64,000 nucleotides of DNA from Candidatus Helarchaeota archaeon (GCA_019058315.1 JAHPZH010000002.1:813810-877809), one strand, 5' to 3'. Shown: positions 47,975 through 58,138, counted from the stretch's first letter. The notes: a model not told the origin generated them from the sequence alone. Translations and numbers: made by a program.

Positions 47975-48466
47975 TTAATTATGTTCTATATATTTATTCA
48001 TTAAATTGTATACAGATCTCGTTTCTTCTACCCAAATTCCTGAAATAATTATAGGTTTATTCTCATTTTCTAAGAAAATATGAATTGCTTCACGCTCTTT
48101 ATAGTCAAACCTTATTCTACTTCTGCCAATTTTAACTATCTTAAGTTCTTTGATTGAATTCCAAGAAATAAATCTATATTTAAAAAAACCAAATGGTTTC
48201 TTAATTTTTATACCATTAGAAAATAAAATCAAATAAGATCCATGAAATTGAAGACCAATCCAAATAAGGAATATAAAAATAATTAAAAATATAATTGTAA
48301 AAGTACGTAAAGTAATTAATAATTGTGTTTCCATATATGAACTGATTAACTGATAAAAATAAATTATGGGAACCCCTATTATTAAGGGCGACCACATTAA
48401 AGGTATCCAAATCCAAAGTCCTCTATAAAAATAGTCTATTTTACTTTTAAGTAATATATCTGACAA
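47975..48466 (-). CDS. 2-TM plus PH-like domain protein (paralog 1)
   Basis: 'QFHGSYLILFSNGIKIKKPF...FISWNSIKEL'; paralogs at 49839 and 58856. Confidence 0.7.
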   Translation of the reverse strand: MSDILLKSKIDYFYRGLWIWIPLMWSPLIIGVPIIYFYQLISSYMETQLLITLRTFTIIFLIIFIFLIWIGLQFHGSYLILFSNGIKIKKPFGFFKYRFISWNSIKELKIVKIGRSRIRFDYKEREAIHIFLENENKPIIISGIWVEETRSVYNLMNKYIEHN

Positions 48467-48776
48467 TTTGAGATCTCTAGATGTCCTTTATTTAATTTTT
48501 AATAATAAATTATTTTATTAAATGTATATGAGATTTCCAACTCATTATTGTAAAATTGATTTGATGTAAAATCAATTTAAATTTATAAAATTCTTCAGAT
48601 TTTATTTCTTATCTTATTTTAATTACTTTTTCTTCTTTTTGGGAAATACATTTGAAAAGTATAAAAAATAAAGAATAACTTAACAGATTATTAGATAAAA
48701 TGTAAAGAATTTATAGATTTTATACTTTTTCTTGGAAATTCAAACAAATAGGAAATTATTATATTAAGTTTTCTCC

Positions 48777-48797
48777 AGTAATCAATAATGAAAAAAA
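48777..48797 (+). repeat. 21-bp direct repeat, copy 2
   Basis: Identical to 46975-46995. Confidence 0.7.
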
Positions 48798-48826
48798 GTC
48801 CAAATAGATTTTAGGGAAGGTTTTTT

Positions 48827-49390
48827 ATGTTAGAATTAATAAAAGAAGAACAAAAACTATTCATCCTCAATTTAGTCACTATTTTCAGTTTTTGCCTCTA
48901 TGCATACGGAATTTACTTACATGTCGCAATTAGGGGACTAGTTTGGGGAAATATGGCGATTGATCTCTCGATTCAAATTCTGGGTCCTGTATTTGGGGTT
49001 GTAATGGTTGTTGTGTTGGGATGTATTATACTATTTATTAGCTTCTATATCGACCAATTCCGAGCAACTAATGTCTTTTTGTGCTGGTTCTGGATATTTT
49101 CACTTTATCAATGCGCAATTAATTCATTTTTAGCTTTCAATGGACTGCCTAATGAACCTATAAATCAGTTTTTTAAATGGTTGTTTCCCACCCTTTGGTA
49201 TCCCATTAAAGAGATTTGTTTCGTTCTAATTGCTCTTCTTTTAACCTATGTCTTTCAAAAAAAGATAGTTAAAAAAGAATTTGATAAACTGGATATTTTC
49301 TTAATAACTATTTTAAGTGTTGGACTTATTCTAGCCACCCTTATGAGTCAATTGTTTTTAATCAATGCTAACATACTTACTTACTCTTGA
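48827..49390 (+). CDS. 5-TM membrane protein
   Basis: Hydrophobic segments; upstream GGAAGG. Confidence 0.7.
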   Translation: MLELIKEEQKLFILNLVTIFSFCLYAYGIYLHVAIRGLVWGNMAIDLSIQILGPVFGVVMVVVLGCIILFISFYIDQFRATNVFLCWFWIFSLYQCAINSFLAFNGLPNEPINQFFKWLFPTLWYPIKEICFVLIALLLTYVFQKKIVKKEFDKLDIFLITILSVGLILATLMSQLFLINANILTYS

Positions 49391-49570
49391 GAAATTTTGC
49401 ATAGTATCAGAAAAATGAAAATAACATATAAATAAGGAAACACCAGGATTAATCTTACCTAATATTAATTATAGAGCCATGAAAGTCAACACTCTGGCAG
49501 CAAACTTCTATGCTCTTACAAGAATTTGTTGTTCAACCCAAGAATATTATTAAAGCGTTAATTGTATGTT

Positions 49571-49783
49571 CTAATCCTTTAATTTATTGAAAAAATCAAG
49601 AAGGCTTATAATACCTGGAATAAATAGTAAAAATCCAAAAATAATTTCTATTGTATGTTTATCACTAGCAAATGGTGTCCCTGAAGAAAACACAAATCCT
49701 GGAAATAAAATAAATACTAATCCTAGCAGGAAACATGCGATACTACCTATTAATGATAAGGCTGCTGATAGGTTTATTGTCAA
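49571..49783 (-). CDS. 70-aa 2-TM membrane protein (copy 2)
   Basis: Near-identical to 47064-47276. Confidence 0.75.
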   Translation of the reverse strand: MTINLSAALSLIGSIACFLLGLVFILFPGFVFSSGTPFASDKHTIEIIFGFLLFIPGIISLLDFFNKLKD

Positions 49784-49838
49784 TATATAACCTCAATCTA
49801 TTAATTTCTTCAATATTTTATCCATTATCCTCAATTTT

Positions 49839-50318
49839 TTATTTTCTCTCATATGATTCAATATAATCTAGCATTATAGAATAAGCGTATTCTATCTTAT
49901 CTACCCATTTTCCAATAATATGAAAAGATTTCTTTTGATTCTTAAGTGAAAAACTAATAGCATTATACTTCGTATTATCAAAAATATCTTTAGTATAACC
50001 ATATTCATATAGTATAATTTCTTTTATTGAACTCCAAGAAATGAATTTATGATTAAATAAACTAAAAGGGTTCCTAATTTTTACACCATTTGTATAAATT
50101 ATTAAATAAGATCCAATAAATTGGAATGTTATCCAGATTGTAATTACATCCCAACTTAAGAATATAATCAATGTAAATATTAAACCCCTTAGATCAAGTT
50201 CTATCGTAAAAATTGTAAGAAATAAAAAGAAAATTGGAATTATACTCATAATCGATCCTATTAACCAATTATGTCGGTGAGCTGGACTAATTTCACTTTT
50301 AAATAGAATATTTGACAT
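49839..50318 (-). CDS. 2-TM plus PH-like domain protein (paralog 2)
   Basis: 'MSNILFKSEI...QFIGSYLIIYTNGVKIRNPF...FISWSSIKEI...WV'. Confidence 0.7.
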   Translation of the reverse strand: MSNILFKSEISPAHRHNWLIGSIMSIIPIFFLFLTIFTIELDLRGLIFTLIIFLSWDVITIWITFQFIGSYLIIYTNGVKIRNPFSLFNHKFISWSSIKEIILYEYGYTKDIFDNTKYNAISFSLKNQKKSFHIIGKWVDKIEYAYSIMLDYIESYERK

Positions 50319-50395
50319 TTTATCAGATAAGAAATTTATATTAAAGATTCAACAAAAGATTTTCCCATTATTATTATAGGTATGAGATTATTTAA

Positions 50396-51289
50396 TCAAT
50401 CTATGTTTTCAAAAAACTTTTTATAATATTGATTCAATTTTTCATATTTTTTTTCTTCATATTTTGAAGGATTAATTTCTCTCCACGTAATTCTTCTTGC
50501 TTTATAAAATGAATCCGTCTCCCAAAATTGTCTTTTATATTTATTTTTCTTCCATGGTGGGGGGATTTTTCGGGAAGTGTATTTTGACCTATCTACATTC
50601 CAATCAAGAAATTTTAATTCCATTTCTAATGATTTTAAAATATTTTTCTTATATGTAAGATTTATTCCAATGACATTTTCATTTGAAGAAGTCCTTTTGA
50701 TATGATCTTTAGGAATTATTTTAATTTCCTTGTCTTCATTATGTTTATTTAATCTTTTTGTAATCTTTCCATTGGATAATCCTTTAAAGAAGCTAGCAAA
50801 ATTATGTGCACCTTTATTACAAGAGAATCCTTCAGTCTGATATATATTTATTAATTCAGGATCTGTAACGTCTGTTACCCATCCATGACCAGTTACACAG
50901 AATCCTTCAAGTTGTTTATTTTGGTTAAGTACAACCTGAATCATTTCCCAATCATGAGAATGATTCAATACGGTATAATATTCATTAAATGCAAAATAAT
51001 ACCAATATTGAATAACTAAAGGGTCCTTTGTCTCGTAGGAAGTCTCCCATTTGAAAAAAAATCTATTTCCTTCTAAAAAATGAATATAAACTGTTGGTTT
51101 ATATAAACAAAAAGGCTTTTTTATTCCAACCTTACATAATTTAAACCATTTTTTCTTTGGGTTTCTACATTTGAATTTAGAAAAATCAGTTGGAGTAAAT
51201 TTTTCTTCTTCATGTAATCTAAGGATTGGAATGTATTTCTTAGCTAATTCTTTTTTCTCTTCTTTACCCAATTCTTCCATTTTTTTCAC
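50396..51289 (-). CDS. Vps62-related / NPP1-like protein
   Basis: 'KYIPILRLHEEEKFTP', 'IQYWYYFAFN', 'NHSHDWE', 'TGHG', 'GAHNF'. Confidence 0.65.
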   Translation of the reverse strand: MKKMEELGKEEKKELAKKYIPILRLHEEEKFTPTDFSKFKCRNPKKKWFKLCKVGIKKPFCLYKPTVYIHFLEGNRFFFKWETSYETKDPLVIQYWYYFAFNEYYTVLNHSHDWEMIQVVLNQNKQLEGFCVTGHGWVTDVTDPELINIYQTEGFSCNKGAHNFASFFKGLSNGKITKRLNKHNEDKEIKIIPKDHIKRTSSNENVIGINLTYKKNILKSLEMELKFLDWNVDRSKYTSRKIPPPWKKNKYKRQFWETDSFYKARRITWREINPSKYEEKKYEKLNQYYKKFFENID

Positions 51290-51463
51290 ATTTTCTTAAA
51301 TTTACTAATTCAAGAATTTGGTCTTATTTCGTGGGATTCCCCAAACTTTTAAAAGTATTTATCACTGAAATCGAAACTTTAAATAAATAAAATCTTACCT
51401 AAGCGGAATATCCTCTATTAAAAAGGGATTTAGTCTATTAAAATTTATTGGATTGGATTATAA

Positions 51464-51889
51464 TTAGATCATAGCATCCATTACCAAAAAAGTAACTATA
51501 GTTGTCAGAAGAGGTGTAAATGACAATGCAACTTCCCAGTGGTACCAATAGGCAAATACAGCAAATGTAAAAAAGCCGAAAGTGATTATTGCAAGCACTG
51601 CTCTAACAGTATATTTTGGAAATAGAAATGGTTCTTCTGTGGTAATAGGTTTTGCTTTATCTTTAGTTCTTTTAGCAAAATAAGCGTTGATAATCATAGC
51701 ATAGAGCCCTGTAACTGCATTTCTTAATTGTGTAGCAGTATCTCCCGCAATCATAACTTTTATTGGATCGGACAAACCTGAAAATACCAAAATGATTGCA
51801 AATAAAATTGTTAATATAATTGAAACTATTGCATAGATTTCAAATTTACCCAACTTCATCTCAAAATTTCCTAATCTCACTCTTGGCAT
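51464..51889 (-). CDS. 4-TM membrane protein
   Basis: GGAGAG SD-like site; four hydrophobic helices. Confidence 0.7.
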   Translation of the reverse strand: MPRVRLGNFEMKLGKFEIYAIVSIILTILFAIILVFSGLSDPIKVMIAGDTATQLRNAVTGLYAMIINAYFAKRTKDKAKPITTEEPFLFPKYTVRAVLAIITFGFFTFAVFAYWYHWEVALSFTPLLTTIVTFLVMDAMI

Positions 51890-51965
51890 AAAAACTCTCC
51901 TTTTTTTATATATTTTTAATATTTGTATAGTAACTAATTATTCTTGATACACTTAAAATATTTTT

Positions 51966-51978
51966 GTATCATTGAAAC
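51966..51978. promoter_or_regulatory. Palindrome copy GTATCATTGAAAC
   Basis: 1 mismatch to the core; about 77 bp upstream of 51889 (-). Confidence 0.6.
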
Positions 51979-52100
51979 ATAAATCAAATTTGTGTTAAAT
52001 CATTATGATTATGTTTTAAAATACATTAATTAGTAGATTGCACCAAATTGTATTGAAAAAAAAAATAATATTAGTTATGTAATATGCCCGTAGAAGTTAA

Positions 52101-52607
52101 TTAAATTCGAATCCATAACATTATAATTCCTAGAGAAAATGAAATCGCAAAATGCACAATTAACCATATTTTTGTATTAGTACTACTTAAAGCCTTATTC
52201 AAAATGTAAATCTTTGCAAATCCCAACATTTCACCTGGTTTTAAATCGCAAATAAAATGTAAACCGCTCATTAATGCCCAAACACCTGCTGATAGACCAA
52301 TATAACTATTAAAATCGGAAAATATCCACACAATAAAAGTAAAAATAGTTATAAATGACGAATGTGTAGTCCAATCTCTATGATGTAGTATTTCTATAGT
52401 TAAATCAGTATCGGGTATCATGTAACCAGTGAAAAAACTAGGAAAAATCAATAATAAATCATACCAATTCAATTGAAATGGAGCCAGTAATTCCGTCAAT
52501 GATAATTTTCCTGTCGGTAAAGAAAATATCAGAAATGTTGCAATCCATATAATTACTCCTGCAATAAGACTAACTATTCTATGACCTTTCCTTTTCATAT
52601 TATTCAC
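52101..52607 (-). CDS. YdjM-like membrane metal-dependent hydrolase
   Basis: 'GH', 'PDTD', 'HRDWTTHS', 'HFICD' motifs. Confidence 0.75.
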   Translation of the reverse strand: MNNMKRKGHRIVSLIAGVIIWIATFLIFSLPTGKLSLTELLAPFQLNWYDLLLIFPSFFTGYMIPDTDLTIEILHHRDWTTHSSFITIFTFIVWIFSDFNSYIGLSAGVWALMSGLHFICDLKPGEMLGFAKIYILNKALSSTNTKIWLIVHFAISFSLGIIMLWIRI

Positions 52608-52615
52608 CTCGTTTA

Positions 52616-54055
52616 TTAAGAAAAAATTATTAGAGCAAGTATAAATAAAATTGAAATTAATAGAATAATAAAATAAAGATTAATTCTGTTTTTCTGACTT
52701 TTTTGTATATTATAAAGTCTTTTTATTAATATATACGCTCCTTCCACTGACGACTTATCAAACCTTAATTGAAATCCTGAATTATCTTTTAAAACTAGGG
52801 GATTATAGTTATGCCACCTTATTAAATTATCAATTCTATCTGTTCCTAGTAAATTTACACCCTTATCCATTACATCAAATAATGTTGTTAGTTCATTTGT
52901 ACTCCAGGTTCGAATTACCTTATGTCTAGAAATTAATTGATCAATTTTTTCGTGTGAAAGTGTAAATTTATGAATATTTGCATATGTATTGATAAAAACC
53001 CGAGTTGGATATTTATTAATCAAATTCGGGGAAACATCCACAAATGCCAAGCTTTTTAGATTTTTATCATATTCTTCCTTAAATGGAGCAATTCTTGAAA
53101 TATTCTCTGTATTTCCACCAGATAGAACGAAAATAAATTTATCTTTTAAATCATCTAGAGTTGGCCATTGGTTATTCTGCATATACTCATAAGGTGTATA
53201 AAGTCTATTCTCGAAGTATCTCTTAATTAAATCATCAAGTCTATTTGAGAAGGATTTCTCTTTACTATTGAGTTTTTTCGAAATAATATGCTTCAAATCA
53301 AGATAAATAACAATTGGTTCATGATTTTTGTTTAAATCGGACCAGACTTTAACTGCCTCAAACCATTCCCTTAAGGTAATTCTCTCTCGTTTATTATACC
53401 ATAAATGATAGACAAAAAATTCTTTGATGTTTTCTTGTTTTGAAGAAGAATATTTCTCCCTTATTGTCATAATTGGCTTTTTTATAACATCTTCATGCAC
53501 ATCAAATTCTAAACCCCTCGCTTTACCATCATCTAATTGAAATTTTATTGATTCAAATCTCCAAACATTATGTCTTCTCTTAAATCCTTGATTTTCTGTG
53601 AGTGTTGAAAAAACTTTATTCAAATAAATCAATCTATCCTTATATTCCATGATAAAAATATCAAAATAATTATAGAAAAGTTCCTTCTTTTGTTTGGTCA
53701 CTTTTTTTAAAAGAATTCCTTTTCTATGTGTTGTAAAAAGATCCTTAATAAGTTCCAAACGTTTTTTAGCGTCCTCTTCATTTAATATCTCATTAAACTT
53801 GTCCATAAATTGAAGATATTCTACACTGGAATAAATTTTATCTAATCCTGTCTGAACTTTCTTTTCTATCATTAAATCTGAAAGTAATTTTCTATATATC
53901 TTATAAAATCCCCCATCCTTATACTCTGGCCAATACCTCCTCTCATATGAATTATGTGAAGTAATACATTGATATTTGTTAAAATTTGTTGGTATTTTTA
54001 ATTCTCTCCTTTTTTTAATTATAAAAAATCCTCTTATTAAACTACAAAACTTCAC
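52616..54055 (-). CDS. Phosphoinositide-specific phospholipase C-like protein with C-terminal TM anchor
   Basis: 'SHNSY', 'QLD.G.ARGLEFDVH', 'HEPIVIYLDLK', 'WPTLDDLKDKFIFVL', 'IRTW', 'GVNLLGTD'. Confidence 0.8.
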   Translation of the reverse strand: MKFCSLIRGFFIIKKRRELKIPTNFNKYQCITSHNSYERRYWPEYKDGGFYKIYRKLLSDLMIEKKVQTGLDKIYSSVEYLQFMDKFNEILNEEDAKKRLELIKDLFTTHRKGILLKKVTKQKKELFYNYFDIFIMEYKDRLIYLNKVFSTLTENQGFKRRHNVWRFESIKFQLDDGKARGLEFDVHEDVIKKPIMTIREKYSSSKQENIKEFFVYHLWYNKRERITLREWFEAVKVWSDLNKNHEPIVIYLDLKHIISKKLNSKEKSFSNRLDDLIKRYFENRLYTPYEYMQNNQWPTLDDLKDKFIFVLSGGNTENISRIAPFKEEYDKNLKSLAFVDVSPNLINKYPTRVFINTYANIHKFTLSHEKIDQLISRHKVIRTWSTNELTTLFDVMDKGVNLLGTDRIDNLIRWHNYNPLVLKDNSGFQLRFDKSSVEGAYILIKRLYNIQKSQKNRINLYFIILLISILFILALIIFS

Positions 54056-54170
54056 TCGTTTAATAAAGAATTTAGTATGCTGAAATCTTCCCTTATTTCA
54101 AAATAAATGGATGATTGATAATTTGTATTCAATATCAAGTTTTAAAAATAATTGTCAAAATACGATTTTT

Positions 54171-54187
54171 TTGTATCATTGATACAA
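54171..54187. promoter_or_regulatory. Palindrome TTGTATCA-T-TGATACAA
   Basis: Perfect 8-1-8 inverted repeat between the divergent PI-PLC and LRR genes. Confidence 0.7.
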
Positions 54188-54479
54188 TTAAAGGCGCCTA
54201 TTAAGTTATTAAATTCAACAATTTTGAAAAATAGAGAACTGAATATTTAAGGATAGTAATGAGGAATATTTGAAATTTATAATGATTATTGGTAATTCCA
54301 GGAAACCCCGTGCTATATAATAGATTTAAAATAAGCATCGAATTATTTTTATAATAATCTTCAAAATTTCCATCTCGATTATTATGCCAGAAGGAACAAT
54401 TATTTTCATTACATAAACATTTTAAGAAATAATTAATTAAAATATTATTAGTCAAGCGGATATTTAAACAATCGGAGAA

Positions 54480-57400
54480 ATGAAATATTTGTTTATTCCT
54501 AAATTAACTTTTGATATTTTAATTATTTGGCTTGGAATATTTGTTATATTTTTTCTAATATCGTCATTTATTCTTGATGATTATCAAACAATCTTAATAT
54601 TATTTCCATTAGTTACATTTCTATTACAGACTTTTGGATATCTAGTTCCATTAATTCAAGAAATTAATATTATTTCATTAAAAGTTCCTATCAGAATTTG
54701 GGAAATAAGTTTTGATCATGGATTGGAATTAAAAACACTATTTCATGATTCAAATTTTTTCCCCCTTGTTTGGTTTCTGATATTTTCTTCAAATCTAATA
54801 GCAATAGTGATTTCTATTGATGAAATAACTTACGATAAATTAAATTTCTGCCTCGGATTATTCAATTTCAATTCGTTTTTCATTTCTATGATTTACTTTT
54901 GGCTATCAAATATAATATCAATTACTGTGACAATTATAATTGCAATTTTCTTTAATTCGTTTATAATATCGGCTTTTATAGACTATTATGTAGAGAAAAA
55001 AGAATTTCTAAAATATCTTATTACTATAGACGCGATATTTTGGATTTTTTTCTACATTAACGCTCTTAATCTATCATTTTTGACTATAAATATCTATCCA
55101 ACAATAATTAATTCAACTTCTACATTTATAATCGGAATTTTTACAATTTTACCTACATTTTTTGTCTTTTCTAAATATTCAAAATGGAATCTTTATTTAA
55201 ATGGAGTTAAAAATCCACATGAAAAAGAAGTGATCAGAAATTTTAGAAAAAAATATAAAATAAAAGAAGAAGATTTTGTGATTAATATATCTGGGAATGT
55301 AATATATCTTAATTTAATAAAGAAATCTTTATATTCCATTCCTGAATCCATTAATAAATTTTCCCAATTAAAAAATCTTGACCTTTCATCTAATAGTCTT
55401 GATAATATCAATCACTTAGAAAATCTCTCTCAATTACAGGAATTACGCTTTTTTAATAACCAAATAAAAAAGATAGAAGGATTAGAAGGTCTCACTCAAT
55501 TAAAGGTATTAGTCCTTAAGAAAAATATGATTGAAAAAATAGAAGGTCTAGAAAAACTTGCTCAATTACAGATATTAAACCTTAAGAAAAATATGATTGA
55601 AAAAATAGAAGGTCTAGAAGAACTTACTCAATTACAGCTATTAAACCTTAAGAACAATAGAATCATAAAGATAGAGGGGTTAAAAGGGCTTCTTAATTTA
55701 AAAACATTAAATCTTTCTTATAATAAAATTGTAGAAATAGAGGGATTAGAAGATCTCAGTAAATTAGAAGATTTATATATTACTGATAATAAAATCCCGA
55801 AGAAAGAATTAAAATTTATAGAAACAGCTAAAGCAGCAGTTGAATATTGTAATCAAAAAAAGAATAGACTTGAGACAGAATTACCAAAAAAACATGATAT
55901 AAAAATGGAACAAAAACCATCAATAAAAGAGAGAAAACTTTCAGAAATAATAACTACCGGGAAAGAAAAAAGTAAAATTCCAATAGAAAAAAAGGAAATT
56001 CATAAAAATATTCGAATTTTACCTCCAAAAACTCTGAAGAAACCTCCATCCAAACCGGATCTTCAAGAATTACCACCAGCATATCCTCAAATAGAACCAT
56101 CTTTTAAAAAGGTAATTCCTAAACCTAAAATAATTTCAACTACAAAGACTCTAAAGGAATCTCCATCTAAGCAGGATCTTCAAGAATTACCATTAATCCC
56201 TCCTAAAATAGAACCTTCTTTTAAAAAGGTAGTTCCTAAATTCAAAATTATATCCGCTTCAGAAACTATGAAAGAACCTCCATCTAAACCCGATATTCAA
56301 GAATTGCCGTTAGAATATCCTTACAGGGATCCTTCAGAAGGTTTTTTTAAATATGAAGGATATGGCGAACCTGAGATTTTTTTTAATAAATTTCTTAAAA
56401 GATTAGAATCGATGTTAGAAGGTTATAAAATATTTTTTAATGTAGATAGGAAAAGTATTCACACTTACGACCCACAAAATATCGAGATTAAATTCTCTTT
56501 AGATGATATTAAAGTCAAAAATAAAATAATTGGTCTAATTTCGGATATTTCCATAGTAGGGGATAAAAATCAGGCCCGATTAACTTTAAAATTTCATTTT
56601 GAATCAAAAAAACAAGAAGTTCTAAATGATATTGGTAATATTATTAAAAAATCTATTGAGGAATCATATAAAGAACAATCAATAAAACTATTGGAAAATG
56701 ATAGTAATACGCTGCTAATGACTTATAACCATTCTGACAATTCTGATATATTAAAACGAAAAATGGCTGAACGATATAAATGGCAACCTATTCGTCTTAT
56801 AAATGTTATAAATTTTATAAAAAGTTATATCTGGATTCAGAATTCCGAATTATTAAAGAAAGGAAAGGAATTATCAATTAAATCTAAATTGACAAATGAA
56901 CAGTGGAAAGAGATTATCCCTATACTTTCAGATATTCAAAACAAATTAGAAGATATCAAAGTAGAACACGGTTTAATATCATTGGAAATCGTAAAGACAC
57001 GAGATGAAGTTATTTTATCTATTAGTTCCCTTCGTTCTAAATTTAAAACTGATTTTGACAAATTAGGAATAAAAATAGAAGGTATCGATAAAAACTTGGA
57101 ACTATTACAACAGGATGTTACTCAAGTGAAAATTTCGGGAGAAATCAACCTTGAAGATAAAAAAATTGAGCCAATTTTTAAAAATTGGCAAAAAATTATG
57201 GATTCTGATGATGTCCCTGAAAATGAGAAAATTGCATTAATTGGATATGTTAATAGAATAATCGTTTGGAAAAAACTAACTAAAAAATCAAGATGGGAGA
57301 AAATAAAAGGACTTTGTTTTTCTATTCTCAAATTTTCAGTCATGCTTTTAACTGGGGGTGTAGGAGGTAAAATAATTGAAAATCTGGTAAATCCCCATAT

Positions 57401-57512
57401 TGAGAAATTTTTTGAAAACCTAAATGTTCCAATTAATAAATATAATGGAGAATTGAATTATAACCTTATTAAAAATGAAGTAGATTATGTATTTTCTAAA
57501 AATACTTCGTAA
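54480..57512 (+). CDS. Multi-TM plus SDS22-type LRR plus Pro/Lys-rich repeat protein
   Basis: About 7 N-terminal TMs; 22-aa LRRs 'LxxLxLxxNxIxKIEGLExL'; three 39-aa PPSKPDLQELP repeats. Confidence 0.85.
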   Translation: MKYLFIPKLTFDILIIWLGIFVIFFLISSFILDDYQTILILFPLVTFLLQTFGYLVPLIQEINIISLKVPIRIWEISFDHGLELKTLFHDSNFFPLVWFLIFSSNLIAIVISIDEITYDKLNFCLGLFNFNSFFISMIYFWLSNIISITVTIIIAIFFNSFIISAFIDYYVEKKEFLKYLITIDAIFWIFFYINALNLSFLTINIYPTIINSTSTFIIGIFTILPTFFVFSKYSKWNLYLNGVKNPHEKEVIRNFRKKYKIKEEDFVINISGNVIYLNLIKKSLYSIPESINKFSQLKNLDLSSNSLDNINHLENLSQLQELRFFNNQIKKIEGLEGLTQLKVLVLKKNMIEKIEGLEKLAQLQILNLKKNMIEKIEGLEELTQLQLLNLKNNRIIKIEGLKGLLNLKTLNLSYNKIVEIEGLEDLSKLEDLYITDNKIPKKELKFIETAKAAVEYCNQKKNRLETELPKKHDIKMEQKPSIKERKLSEIITTGKEKSKIPIEKKEIHKNIRILPPKTLKKPPSKPDLQELPPAYPQIEPSFKKVIPKPKIISTTKTLKESPSKQDLQELPLIPPKIEPSFKKVVPKFKIISASETMKEPPSKPDIQELPLEYPYRDPSEGFFKYEGYGEPEIFFNKFLKRLESMLEGYKIFFNVDRKSIHTYDPQNIEIKFSLDDIKVKNKIIGLISDISIVGDKNQARLTLKFHFESKKQEVLNDIGNIIKKSIEESYKEQSIKLLENDSNTLLMTYNHSDNSDILKRKMAERYKWQPIRLINVINFIKSYIWIQNSELLKKGKELSIKSKLTNEQWKEIIPILSDIQNKLEDIKVEHGLISLEIVKTRDEVILSISSLRSKFKTDFDKLGIKIEGIDKNLELLQQDVTQVKISGEINLEDKKIEPIFKNWQKIMDSDDVPENEKIALIGYVNRIIVWKKLTKKSRWEKIKGLCFSILKFSVMLLTGGVGGKIIENLVNPHIEKFFENLNVPINKYNGELNYNLIKNEVDYVFSKNTS
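55514..55654 (+). repeat. 66-bp tandem duplication within the LRR array
   Basis: 40-bp exact match at 55514 and 55580, near-identity continuing. Confidence 0.8.
56028..56321 (+). repeat. 117-bp (39-aa) intragenic repeats, about 2.5 copies
   Basis: Units start at 56028, 56145 and 56262. Confidence 0.8.
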
Positions 57513-57564
57513 TTCCGAATACTACCTCTTAATGTTAATAATATAATAATTTAATTTTTATAAA

Positions 57565-58098
57565 TCAATGCTTACGGCTTGGAATTATTAATAACTTTAA
57601 ATAATGGTTCATATAACGATAAAATAATTTTTTATCTAGCTTATATTCCTCAGAAACCATTGAATTATATTCATTGAGGGTTAAATTTTCAAAACCTTTG
57701 ATATGACCCATTCTTGAATGTCCTAAAGTCACCATAAACCTAAAAAATTTATATATGTCAGTTTTTTTAAAAAGTATAAATTCCTGCTCTTTTTTTAGTA
57801 TAGCATAGAAAAAATCCAATTCTAAGGGCATTTCTTGATGAGAAAGGTTACAGAATCCATGAAAGATTTCTTCTAATGAAGTATACAATACCGCATCAAT
57901 TAATATTGTTATGAAAAAGCTCTCATCTTCGTAAAATACGAATGTAGGTATTCTCTGGACAATACTTTCAACATCTACAATCCATTGATCATTCTCTCCC
58001 ATTCCTAATGCTTCAATACGCTTTTCATTTCGTAATCTTTCTTTATTGTTCAAGAAATTTGTCAGAAACTTTTTGTCATAATACCCTATAAATGCCAT
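57565..58098 (-). CDS. Hypothetical protein
   Basis: 177-aa ORF with GTGA upstream. Confidence 0.6.
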   Translation of the reverse strand: MAFIGYYDKKFLTNFLNNKERLRNEKRIEALGMGENDQWIVDVESIVQRIPTFVFYEDESFFITILIDAVLYTSLEEIFHGFCNLSHQEMPLELDFFYAILKKEQEFILFKKTDIYKFFRFMVTLGHSRMGHIKGFENLTLNEYNSMVSEEYKLDKKLFYRYMNHYLKLLIIPSRKH

Positions 58099-58138
58099 AA
58101 AATCACATTGATACCTTAATATAATAACGCGCTCTCAC

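Noticed and set aside
49388-49516. Selenoprotein (TGA stop followed by a hairpin containing ATGA)
   Set aside because: Hairpin lacks the opposing GA of a SECIS core, and readthrough would add only 14 residues with no redox motif
54201-54455. 84-aa ORF in the divergent intergenic region
   Set aside because: TTG start, low-complexity AT-rich translation and no motifs; probably non-coding promoter DNA
51359-58114. Three-mismatch palindrome variants at 51359, 51938 and 58102
   Set aside because: Intergenic and suggestive, but three-mismatch hits also occur inside genes (near 32733 and 40184), so they are not separable from background
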